Of a stretch of DNA of 64,000 bases, positions 50,001 to 62,300 are shown in pieces. Source of the stretch: Macrostomum hystrix. Lineage: Eukaryota > Animalia > Platyhelminthes. Under the pieces are notes generated by a model. The model did no database searches. It was given only the letters and a program-made list of their open reading frames with translations, and was not told where the DNA came from. The position numbers were made by a program, and so were the translations under genes. How positions within the stretch are numbered: position 1 is the stretch's first letter; each line of letters begins with the position of its first letter. The DNA lies in contig CATNEN010000029.1 of the NCBI GenBank assembly GCA_950097015.1, positions 2,852,001-2,916,000 on the forward strand. Reading direction: 5' to 3'.

Positions 50001-52421
50001 GTCTGCTCAGGCTACTTACACTAAACAGAAGCGATTGCCCTATGCCTCCGCTACTCAGTGCCAGATGTTGCAGGACATTGTGAGCAGCGCTTGGGATCGG
50101 TGAGTTGGGCTTGCGGTGATTGACTAAGTTCTGAATTGCTAGTTTCCTAATTTCCTAAACGTCCTAATTTCCTGTCTTTTCAGGGCTGGTTTCCAGTTTT
50201 TTTTTGTTTTCTTGGGTCCTTCGTCCATGTTTTAAGAGGCCTTTCTAGGACCCTAGATTTTTGCCCAAGTTAAGCTGAAATTTGTACTTTAGGCTTTATT
50301 TTATTAAATTTATTATTTAACGCTCGAAAAGTTTACCTAATCTTGAACGCGAACCGACTGAACTCGTGAAAAACACCGATCATCAGCAGTCTTTCCGAAA
50401 ATAGGCCGAACTTTGGTCGCCAGAAGGTCTAGCAGTCTTATCTATTGGCCTTGACTATGAGCAGAGACCAACCCTTAGTCTGTCCCTCTCTAATCCATTA
50501 CGAGTACGACTGGCCTACTGTGAAAGTTTATCGACGACTTTAAATTGTTTAGTTCTCTTCACCTTTACCTTCGGGTTATTAGTCGCACCATTTCACTTTC
50601 TCTATCAATTAATACATTTCTTATAGATTCTATTTTCGGGTTTTGTCTTTAATTCATCTACCATTTAACTTCTTTCTGAGCTGGTACCTAATGGGTCTTA
50701 GTTGCGACCCGACACTAACTGCCCCTAAGACTTCATCATGGGTTGAACCTACCCATCGAGTCCTCATCATGGGCTTACACTAACACCTGAGTCCTCATCA
50801 TGGGCTAACACTACCACCTGAGTCCTCATCATGGGCTTACACTACCACCTGAGTCCTCATCATGGGCTTACACTACCACCTGAGTCCTCATCATAGGCTG
50901 ACACTACCCCGAGTCCTCATCATGGGCTAACACTACCACCTGAGTCCTCATCATGGGCTTACACTACCACCTGAGTCCTCATCATGGGCTTACACTACCA
51001 CCTGAGTCCTCATCATGGGCTTACACTACCACCTGAGTCCTCATCATGGGCTTACACTACCACCTGAGTCCTCATCATGGGCTTACACTACCACCTGAGT
51101 CCTCATCATGGGCTAACACTACCACCTGAGTCCTCATCATGGGCTGACACTACCCCGAGTCCTCATCATGGGCTTACACTACCACCTGAGTCCTCATCAT
51201 GGGCTAACACTACCACCTGAGTCCTCATCATGGGCTTACACTACCACCTGAGTCCTCATCATGGGCTTACACTACCACCTGAGTCCTCATCATAGGCTGA
51301 CACTACCCCGAGTCCTCATCATGGGCTAACACTACCACCTGAGTCCTCATCATGGGCTTACACTACCACCTGAGTCCTCATCATGGGCTGACACTACCCC
51401 GAGTCCTCATCATGGGCTTACACTACCACCTGAGTCCTCATCATGGGCTTACACTACCACCTGAGTCCTCATCATGGGCTTACACTACCACCTGAGTCCT
51501 CATCATGGGCTAACACTACCACCTGAGTCCTCATCATGGGCTTACACTACCACCTGAGTCCTCATCATGGGCTTACACTACCACCTGAGTCCTCATCATG
51601 GGCTAACACTACCACCTGAGTCCTCATCATGGGCTTACACTACCACCTGAGTCCTCATCATGGGCTTACACTACCACCTGAGTCCTCATCATGGGCTTAC
51701 ACTACCACCTGAGTCTTCATCATGGGCTGACACTAAATTCCAAGTCTTCATCATGTGCTTATACTATATCCTGAGTCTTAATTGTAAGCAAACACCAGTA
51801 TTGTCTCTCGCATTCTGCGGTTCGACTGTCGCCAACGATAACGAGTGTCCACGCTCAACATATGCTCACACTCATCTCAATTGTAGGTTAGCCCAGCTGC
51901 GTCGCGAGGATCGGGTCGACTCGCCGGCGGGCCGGGCTCTCCTATTGGACACAATGTGGCGCATGCTGCGCTGCCCCCTGTGCCTGCCTCGCTACTTCTT
52001 TCAGCGCCTACAGCGCACCAGAATCAGCCTGCACGTCACTCCGGCCAGCAAGTTGGCCGCCCAGCCCGAGCCGGTGAAGGTTGGCATCGACTACGTCTTA
52101 AAGGTCGAAGGCGTCGTAGCTCAGACTGGTCCAGTTTTGATTCGCCGCGTAGCCAGCGTAGCCGTTGTTGTCGCCGTGCGTCCGCATTCGTCAAGCGGCG
52201 TCGACGCATCGGGCGACTCTTTGCCTAGCGGCAGCTGGCAGCAGCGCCTGACGGCCACCCTGCCAGTGCCAACGGATTATTTCAGCAAAGAATTCGTGCT
52301 CAGCTTCAACAGACGGCCGGGCCTCTATCTGATTAAAGTGCACGTGCACCCTATTGATAAAAGCGGCGCCCAGTGGAGTGCAGTTGAAAAGGAGCGGGTC
52401 TACGTGCGCGTTGCTCTGTGA
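47050..52421 (+). CDS. INTS7: Integrator complex subunit 7, ~963 aa
   Basis: Exons 47050-48645, 48737-49037, 49640-50099 and 51887-52421 total 2892 nt in frame. DANYLINEINIGLRS..YPFPVVINS..HSNDPSARA..ALDSH and PRYFFQRLQRT..LKVEGVV match INTS7. Confidence 0.94.
49105..49450. repeat. Intronic minisatellite, 31-bp unit CAGCCCTAACTTCAGGTCATTGTTTTCTTGA
   Basis: About 11 copies in INTS7 intron 2. Confidence 0.95.
50730..51760. repeat. Intronic minisatellite, 31-bp unit GAGTCCTCATCATGGGCTTACACTACCACCT
   Basis: About 33 copies in INTS7 intron 3. Confidence 0.97.
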
Positions 52422-53131
52422 CAATAGCGTGTAGTCTAAAAATAGAACATGAATCTATATGGCTGCATGCATCTGCATTTTCTATTAGTTTTGCTTCATA
52501 AATAGGTCAACAACCATACGTAGTACATAAGTCGCTTCATGTTCATCACTATAAATAAACTGGCTTGTGCCTCCATTTCCAGTTTTTTGCAATGTTGTAG
52601 GGTTTCGATTTTATTATTATTTAATATTTGTAACATAATTTGGCCGAAAATTGTGTGTTCCCTTGATAGGTTACTCTGTGTACTGTGGCGCAACCACAAT
52701 TTCTTGTATAAACTTATGATTGAGTTCAGTAGCTTATCTATGAATACGGTCGATTAATTAGGCCTCTTAAAACACACTTTTTTCGGTTTCTATATAGATT
52801 CTCTATGTATATTTTAGTATAATGTATCGCGTTTCATTTTTATAGATTCACAGTAAGATTTGAACACCAAACTAGGTTTTTATAGTACTAGATTTGAGGA
52901 AACGTAATTATCCAACGAGACGCATTATATATCTGAATTTGAAATTGATTACAACTTTTCTATGGTTAGAACTTTTCCCCTATATAAAATATGTCAAACA
53001 TTTACACAGTTCTTTAACATTTAGATGTATGAAAGCAAGTTTAACATGCAGGTTGAGTTTGCGACATGTGGAGTCAGTTTCGTGTGTGGGGTTCGGTCAC
53101 CTCCAAATTAGACAATCGCACTGGAAGCCAG

Positions 53132-53656
53132 TCACCGCAGTCTGCTTCGAGCTGTCGCATTGCCGGAATAAGTTCGGTAGCTGACAGAGGCGCTGCCGCT
53201 TCCACCGTTGGCTCGGCTACTGCTGTTAGCTGACAACGCCAGGTCCTGCTGAGAAGTCGCCCGACGGCGAATTCTATTCGCTGTTGTCGATGTTGCTGTC
53301 ACCTGTAGGCTGACAACAGCCGACTGGGCCTGACGAAGGTCGCGCATTCGTTGCTCCTTCTCTCTATCCAGCTGGCGGGTTCTCTCAGCTAGCCGATTGC
53401 GCTCCACAATGTTCAACGAGCGGACCATGCGGCCGCGGTCCCGATCGAAGCTGCTGGTCTCCCAGGTCACTTCTTCTCGCTTGTCACGCTGCTGGCGTTG
53501 ACGAATTTCGTACAGCTCCGAGTTAGTCATCTGCTGTTGATCATGCTGCTGCTGCTGCTGCTGCTGCTGTTTATTGCGTTGGATTAGTTTCTTACTAGCT
53601 GCGCCTACTCCATTGCTGTCTGTGATAATTGGCATGACGCATGCAACACTGGGCAT
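53132..53656 (-). CDS. Hypothetical Q/R-rich coiled-coil protein (174 aa or longer)
   Basis: GC-rich ORF with a perfect GCCACCATG context and a CAG tract. A possible in-phase upstream exon joins through a 48-nt GT-AG intron at 53673-53720. No family recognised. Confidence 0.5.
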   Translation of the reverse strand: MPSVACVMPIITDSNGVGAASKKLIQRNKQQQQQQQQHDQQQMTNSELYEIRQRQQRDKREEVTWETSSFDRDRGRMVRSLNIVERNRLAERTRQLDREKEQRMRDLRQAQSAVVSLQVTATSTTANRIRRRATSQQDLALSANSSSRANGGSGSASVSYRTYSGNATARSRLR

Positions 53657-55061
53657 GGTGGCCTTTGATAGGCTATTGGCGCAGATTCTATAATCTAACT
53701 GTTTCTTGCTATTTCTTTACGGCTCTCCGACTGTGTGCTTTGCCAAGCTGCTTTTGACGGGCGCCTCGTCTGTTCTGTGTGGATATATACCACAGTAGAG
53801 ATAGGAAGGAGGAGGTGGTCGACTCCTCCGCTGAAGCTCGATTTCCTGCGTTTGCTGTCCAATTAAAGTGTAGCCAAATTTGTTAATTATATACTCGTAG
53901 GTGTCGCGCTTTTGCTTGGCACACGTCCAGTGACAAGATAACATGTGACAACTTTGATCAGTTTACCTGTTCAGGAATGTAATTTCACTTGAATATAAAT
54001 AAAGTATCTGAATAGCTTCGAGGATTTTTATTTCGTTTAACACCTGCATGGCGAATTTTGAGGGTTAGGCCATAGACAATATAAAAAAATTAAGCGATGC
54101 CTACCCATTGAAATTGTATTAGAGGGGAAAATACTGCGCACGAGTAAAACCTTAGCCAGGCCTCTTAATTCTGTTCTAAATATCAGTTTTTAACAAATTG
54201 AATATCAACATGTGCTCAATCGTATCATTGTCATCGACAACCAAATCGTTTTTCTAACGTTTAAAATCGGTTTTAAAATGAGAGTTGCGCGGTGTAGTTT
54301 TTTTACTAGTTGCACTTCTGTCTCCGGTCTTTTAGCACCCTAGTGTTTTGGTCTTCTGGCTACAATTTTTTAATGCTGACAAAAAAATGAAATATTATAC
54401 TAGATAAGCCACAGAAACAAACATAGCCCAGCCCGCTCGCTTTGCATGATTGACAACTCCTTAGTTTCTAAGTCGATTCTTCTTTGTATCAGCATAAAAC
54501 ATATTTAAAATATGTTTTTTTCTTTCTTCGAAGCTACGAGTATGAAGCTCCAGATAATGTTGTTCGGGCTTGTACTGTTATTCTTGGGTGGCTTATCAGT
54601 CGAGCCTCTATCTAGTTCTAATGAGTATTGTTTAATATCGATTTACTTATCTTATTAATGCCTACATTATTTCTGTCATTAACCTAAAATCTATTTTTTT
54701 TACATGCGTTTAAGCTTATGATTGGCATCTCGCTTCACTCTTAACTGGTATGTCCTCATCTGTTCTCTCATAAAAAATAGATTCACTATTTGTATGATTT
54801 GGCAAAACTCAAAGTCCGGAGCAGAAATGGCAGATAAATTCTAGTTACATTACTGAAACTGAAACTTGTATGCTCAAATGCATATTGTAATATAATTATT
54901 TGTCAGCAAAAGGCAATTTGGGCTTGTCGAACAAAGATTTCCTTTCCATTAGCTCTCTATGATGCATGGCCAGTAGGTCTATAAGCACGCGGCGCATCCA
55001 TGTCGCTGTGTGAGGTAGCTTTGACTTTGCGAGTTGCAATATTCCTTCAGTATTCCAAGTA

Positions 55062-55382
55062 GGTCAAAGTCACGTGGACTCAGAAGACATCATAATCGTC
55101 TCTTCACAACAACTTGCTAATCGCAATCTAATTGTCTGGCAACTATAGGTAGCTGTCTGTTCTTGACATTCTTGGACCTTTGTTGGCCCGATCGATGTCG
55201 ATCGCTGATCGCAAACAGCTTATAAAGGTCAAAGCCACGTGGACTCAGTAGACCTCCTAATCGGCTCTTCACAACAACTTGCTAATCGCAATCTAATTGT
55301 CTGGCAACTATAGGTAGCTTTGACATTCTTGGACCTTTGTTGGCCCGATCGATGTCGATCGCTGATCGCAAACAGCTTATTA
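55062..55382. repeat. Tandem duplication of a ~160-bp segment
   Basis: Two similar copies, each starting GGTCAAAG(T/C)CACGTGGACTCAG, at ~55062 and ~55227. Confidence 0.85.
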
Positions 55383-56315
55383 AGGCCCAATAGCTACAAT
55401 TCGTTCGATTGCACGTGTTTCTTGTATAAAACTAAAATCGCAGAGCTTGCATTTCCTAAGTTTGCCTTCGTGAGTCAACTGTCTTAGTCAAAGGAAAGAC
55501 AATTTGAAGAATTTGAAAAATTGAGTACAACTTATACCATCCAACAAAAATATTTTTTAAATATAATTCTTAACTGACAAATACCGCTGTGCTATTAAGC
55601 AGTGCCATTAAATTGATTTAGTTGGTTTAGTTAAAATTACAATAAATTTATTCCAAAAACAGAGTGTGCTTGAAAAGTGCAATTTGAAATGTACGAAAAA
55701 CGCATCTAGGTAAATAAGAGTATAAACACTCGTATATTGGTTGTTTAGCTAGCGCTAGGTGCACTTTGGGGCTAGTCTTGTGGCTTTCTATCTAAGGGCT
55801 CCAGCGGAAATGCTTGCTATGCGATGACGCCAGAGAGGGTGAGCAGGTGGTCTGCTAGATGCCAGCTAATCCAGATTTTTCTAGTTCCCTAATTTTTTAT
55901 CTCCTATTTCTTCAGCTCGGCCCACAAGTCTCAGAAGTCTTATGCTAATTCACCTAGGCTGAGTTTCAGCAAAAACTGTAAATCTGTTCCTGTATTGTTT
56001 TGTACTCTTCTGGTTTCTGTTAGAGTCTTTAGTTTTGATTTCTGTATATCTGTCTTCTAGAATTCCACCTTATTCAGGTGTTCCGGTTCTGATTTCTGAT
56101 CCTCATGTGTGATTACACCGTGCTTAGGTCTGAATGTACCACAATAATGTGCGATTCGATCACTCAGATGTTCTGGTTGTTATATTTAACTGCGACATAC
56201 TTTAGACAGGGTTCCGCGTTGTTTAAACTTGTAGTATTTTTATTTATTTTTTCCAGCCACATCCCATTACGGCGTCGCTAAAGTACACACACTGATCCTG
56301 CAAACTGCCAACAAC

Positions 56316-59300
56316 ATGAGACCGCCTGCGCGTCAGCAGCAGCAGAGGCGAGCGTCAACTAGAAGCTCCACCGCTGCAGCCAAATCAAAGCCTGCTAGGA
56401 CAAAGTCCAAGAACACGGAGTCGGACACGATTAATCAGAGTAGCAACGGAAGCAACGCTGGCAGCAGCAGTAGCAGCATCAAGGAAAATAACTTCACCTC
56501 CAGCAGCGATGCTTTGAAGCAGCGCGGTCGACCACGTCGCAGCGGCACCGCTGATGCAGCCGCCGAAGCAGATAATATGCCGCCGCGCAAGAAGGCTCGC
56601 CTATCAAAGGCTGCCACCGCTTCTTCGAATTCTTCTTCGCCCGAAGCCGCAGCTGGGCGTCGAAATATCAAAAGAATTATGAAAGCTAAAGACATTTCGA
56701 CGGCTACTAAGGTGGCAGAGGCGGCCGAACGGGTAAGCGGTTTTATTGGACACTTCGATATAACTTGTCTTTTTATGCGCTCCCGAACTACTTGCCTTGG
56801 GCCAGTAGTATGCACTACAACTAAACTCAAGCCTTAACTGTAGCAATAAAAAGCATCGAGCAGTGGAGAGCCACACCTATCCGGCAGTAACTTTTCAAAG
56901 ATGCTTAGTCACTTTAACTGTACTTTCCTGGGATTTATAAGCCAGCTTGCAGCCCAATGAGTATAGTCAGCTGCTGCCATCCATTGAAGGTTCTGAAGCT
57001 CCGCCTAGGTTAAGGCCAGTAGGCATGAAGTCTTAGATAATGCAGACACAATTTGTCGACAAGGTGATGCAATTCAAACGTTTACCAAAGTACGCTCGTA
57101 GTACTGAATCTATTTGACGCTTATCAAATCGAAAGAAACCTCTGTGCTACGGGTACTTTTGTTAATCTGCAGTTATTTTTGTGCCATCTGCATAGGAGCG
57201 ACTTCGCCGCATAGCGGAACGTCAGAAGCAGCAAGAGCAAAAGCAGCAGCAGCAGCAGCAGCAGCGGAGGCGGCGGATGGTAAAAGAAGAAGAGGAGGAA
57301 GCGGACGAGTCAGAAGAAGAGAAACAGGGAGCTGCTGACAATGAGACAGCCAAGGTTATTAATCATGCGGAGTCTGTCAGCCCGCTAAGCAAAAATCGTC
57401 GTTCTCGGTCCCGTTCTCGCCCGCGGACTTCTCAGTCGCCGGAGTCTCCGCCGACGCCGCCCCTAGTGCTGGAGCGAGAGCCGGACAATGGCGCCCCGCT
57501 AGTTGACGTGGCACCCCGAATCTGCCGGCACCTGAAGCCGCACCAGTCCGAGGCTGTGCAGTTTCTCTACGACTGTCTATACGAGAGCGTCGATGAAGCG
57601 CGTCGCGGCTCGCATGGCTCCGGGGCCCTGCTGGCCCACTGCATGGGCCTTGGCAAGACTCTGTCCGTCATCGCCTTCCTGCACGCTGTCATGCGCCGCG
57701 CCAATCCGCAGAAGGCGCCACTGGGCGCCCGCTCAGTTTTAATTGTCTGCCCGCTGAATGTGGCGCTGAACTGGGCCAACGAGTTCCGACTGTGGCTTGG
57801 CAACGAGGCAGCACAGCGACGGTAAAGATAAATTGCCTATGAATTTGAGCACAGACTTATCTGCTCAGATTTTTCATCTCAAGCTGTTGGCACCATATTT
57901 TCTTGACTGTCCATTCACAGTTTCTCACTTTAACAGTAGAACTACCAAAAGTGAATTTCCCCTTGATAATATTTTTGCTGCACCCAAACGGAGAAACGCA
58001 AACACAGGAAACTCGGGCCAACTTTTTGCTGCGCATCTTCTGAAACAAGATTCAATTCGCCAGCTCTTCAGACCGTCGAGATATTCAATGGGGCTGGCCG
58101 AAAGTCGGACTTTCCCCATAAGCGCCAGTGTATTTCATACTCCCCTATATACAAATTAGCACTGCGCCTCAGTGATGCGCCTGCATCATCTCCATCTTCG
58201 GTGGTCACCTACCTTTATCTAGAAAGATTTGCTGGACCTTCAAGGGCTACAACAGGTGGAACTTCTAGGCCTCGTGCCTGTCAGTAGACTGTCAGTAGCT
58301 AATGCCTCGCTTGTAATCTTAAAATAATAAACTAATTTTAGATGCGGCGAGACACCCTTGCCAGTCTGCGAGCTGACCAGCCTCAGGCTAGCTAAAGATC
58401 GTCTAGCGGCGTGTCGCAACTTCAAGGAGTCTGGCGGGATTCTCATTGTCAACTACGATCTGTTTCGCAATTTAGTTCAGGTTTGGAAACAATGAGCCAT
58501 TGTTTTTCATTCCAAGTAGTAAGTAAGTAGTTAATACAGAATAATTTCTAATGCCACAGGGTCGCGGCCTGGCAGCCAAGCGCAAGCAGCGGGAGCTCTA
58601 TCGTCAGGCTCTGCTAGACCCTGGCCCGGATATTGTGGTCTGCGACGAGGGTCACATTTTGAAATCCAGCGCCACCGGCCTAGCCAAAGCCATGAGTCAG
58701 GTGCGCACCAGACGCAGAATTGTTCTCACCGGTACGCCGCTGCAGAACAATCTCATGGAATACTACACTATGGTCAGCTTTGTTAAGCCCAACCTGCTGG
58801 GCACTCAAAAGGAATTCGCTAACAGGTGCGACACCTGGGCCTACCCTTTATTACTCGTGGAGGTTGTAGCCTAGTGGTTAGAACGTCGGACTCACCACTT
58901 GAAGCTCTGGGGTTTGATCCCCGACTCCACTGTAACAGTTTGTGTCCTTTAGACACTTAACTCTGTTTTTTCTTCAGTTTACCGTGAAATTGTAATCACA
59001 TTTATTGTGAATTATTGTTAACTATTATTTATATTATTACTTGAATTCTCTCTAAAGCCTATTCCGCCATATTTGGTTTTGTTCCGAAGGTCCTGGGTTC
59101 GATTTCGCGTTGGGCAGAAAATGTGGGGGACTTGTGGTGAGCGGGTTACTTCATCAGTCGCTGCAAAGACGATTGTGTCGAACACCCTAGCTGCGGCGTC
59201 CTTTGTGAAGGTTCGTGGCTTCAGCGTTCTGAAATAATTAGCCTTAGTCGAAGTTCGAAGCCTTTTAAGCAATCGGAGTCCATAATGCGGCCAGCAAAGC

Positions 59301-62300
59301 ACGGGGCACGATGCGTCAGGGGTAGACAGTCGCTTTTGAATTATGAATTTTAATGCTTTAACAGAAATGATGTACAATCCTAATTTATTTGCAGATTCGT
59401 TAATCCCATCAACAATGGCCAGCATTCGGACAGCACAGCAGCCGATGTGCGCCTAATGAAGCACCGGTCGCACGTGCTTCACGGCATGCTGGCCGGCTGT
59501 GTGCACAGGCGGGACTACACAGCGCTGACTAGGTGAGCCCCTGTTCTAATCACAATGTCTCTTGTTGATGGTGTGCCCGAATCCACAGCGAGGCTACATT
59601 AGTCCCTTAGCTAGCATTTCCTACGTCTTATGCTGAAATTGACTTCTTATAATAACATTATAACCACGACGAGAAATGCTTTCTCCGAAAATTGTAACCG
59701 AATTCCCGCTCACCAGATACCTGCCGCCAAAGCATGAGTTTATTATCAACGTTCGACTAGGAGAAGAGCAGGAGCAGATGTACAGAAAGTATCTGGACCA
59801 GGTGCGGCCGCTGCTGTTTAGCAATTCGGTTTCGCTGTTCGCTGATCAACAGGTGAGTAACCTAATTAGGAAATGTTAGAGCAAGATATGAACTCTAAAC
59901 TTTATTATTGATCATTCTCAACACTCAGGTTCTCTACCGCGTCTGGACCCATCCGCACCTGCTTAAGCTGCACGAAGACGAGGTCGCCAAGCGCGGCGAC
60001 CGTTGGACTGACAACGAAGACGACGATGACACGGATGAAGAAGAATGTGAAGACTGTAGCGATGAGAACGACGAGGCCACCGTCGATGAAGATGAGAACG
60101 GTGATGAGAATGCTGATGAAGATCCAGGTCAACGCCAGGAAGGCAGACAGCAGAGGCTGAGGCAACAGCAGCAGCAGAGTCGCTCATGGCTGGATAGTGA
60201 CAGCGCGGCAAGCGCTGATGAAGTCATCACGGGTTGGACTACGCGTAGACGGCGAGGCGTCGCAACTTCAGACAACGACGACGACGACGGGAATGGCGTA
60301 GCCCCGACTGCCCCGACGCCCCGACCGCCGCAGTGGTGGCATCCATTGTACACTGACACAATGGCTGAAGATGTGTCGCTAAGCGGCAAGCTGCACATTC
60401 TGTTCAGCCTGCTGCGCTCGTTTGACGAACACGGCGACAAGACTTTGGTGTTCTCGCAGAGCCTTCTATCATTGGATATTATCGAGCATTTTCTAGGCAA
60501 ATTGTCTGATAGCGAGGCCGGCGAGACCTGGACAGACGGCGAGGACTACCTGCGGCTGGATGGCTCCACTCCGGCCGCCAGCCGCAAGGCCATGTCCGAG
60601 GCTTTCAACGTGGAGTCCGACAGGCGACTGCGGCTGTTTCTCATCAGCACTAAGGCTGGCGGCCTGGGTTAGTAGGGCTATTGTCTGAGCTTTGTCTGTC
60701 CTGCCATTGAGAATGCCTATTCCAATAGTAGATATAAGTACCCATAATATCACCTTATATTAGAAGTAAATTTCGCTAGAAGTGTAGACTTCTCGATGTT
60801 TATCCGCAGGTATCATACGCGTCAGAGCAACAACGGTAGCAACACACGCTAAGTCCATCCTAAGCGTCAGATAGTCTCTTTAAGGCGGGGGTTGGCAACC
60901 GGGCCAAGTTCGGTCGCTGTCCACTTCCAACACTATCATCTAATCCTTCCCGTCTTGTCCTTCCCGTCTCATTCCTCCCCTGTCTCATCCCTCCCCTGTC
61001 TCATCCCTCCCTCCGTCTAATCCCTCCCTCCGTCTAATCCCTCCCCGGTCTCATCCCTCCCTCCGTCTAATCCCTCCCCTGTCTCATCCCTCCCTCCGTC
61101 TAATCCCTCCCCTGTCTCATCCCTCCCTCCGTCTAATCCCGCCCTGTCTCATCCCTCCCTCCGTCTAATCCCTTCCCTGTCTCATCCCTCCCTCCGTCTA
61201 ATCCCTCCCCTGTCTCATCCCTCCCTCCGTCTAATCCCGCCCTGTCTCATCCCTCCCTCCGTCTAATCCCTCCCTCCGTCTAATCCCTCCCCTGTCTCAT
61301 CCCTCCCTCCGTCTAATCCCTCCCCTGTCTCATCCCTCCCCTGTCTCATCTCTCCCCTGTCTCATCTCTCCCCTGTCTCATCTCTCCCCTGTCTCATCTC
61401 TCCCTCCGTCTAATCCCTCCCCTGTCTCATCCCTCCCCTGTCTCATCTCTCCCCTGTCTCATCTCTCCCCTGTCTCATCTCTCCCCTGTCTCATCTCTCC
61501 CTCCGTCTAATCCCTCCCCTGTCTCATCCCTCCCCTGTCTCATCTCTCCCCTGTCTCATATATCCCCTGTCTCATATATCCCTTGTATCATCTCTCCCCT
61601 GTCTGAACCCCTTTTCCTCAGTGCTAATCCGGCCTGATGTTGTATTTCGGATTTTAAACGTATCACCCGCAGAATATATATTTGTCGAACCCTCCCTTAA
61701 AGCCTCGGGGCGATGTAAAATAATTTTTGTTTGCTACAGTAATGCGTGAAATGAAATAATATTATTAATATGATTGTTATTACTGCCTAAAAAATAACCA
61801 GTCGCACATCACAAAAATACCTGTCGATAATTTAGTCTTATCAAATATTGTCTCCGTCAATTAGGCGTCAATCTGCCAGCGGCCAATCGTGTTATAATCT
61901 TCGACGTCAGCTGGAATCCGTCGCACGATATTCAATCGATATTTCGCACCTATCGATTTGGTCAGACTAAAACAGTTTACGTCTACCGACTAGTGGCTCA
62001 GGGCACAATGGAGGAGAAGATCTACAGCCGCCAGGTCAATAAACAGTCCCTGGGATTTCGCGTGATTGACGAGCACCAGATCAATCGGCACTTCACCGCC
62101 GCTGATTTAGTACAGCTGTACACCCTGTCCGTGGACCGATTCGATCCCCTTAGCGATGCGCGCAAAAAATTCGACCTGCCCGTGGACGACGTGCTTGCAG
62201 GTGAGATCCTGAGATCGAATTCGCTTTCTAATTCCTTTCATCCGATATGTATCGAAAAAACTTTCGCACTCCCGCAGACCTACTAGCCAAGGAAGCCCGC

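Noticed and set aside
51660-51886. Apparent N-terminal extension of ORF 51660-52421
   Set aside because: It starts inside the 31-bp intronic array; the real exon begins at the TAG acceptor before 51887.
28651-58985. tRNA-like sequences as genuine tRNA genes
   Set aside because: Cloverleaf stems are degenerate and the heads continue into shared SINE bodies with tails and TSDs.
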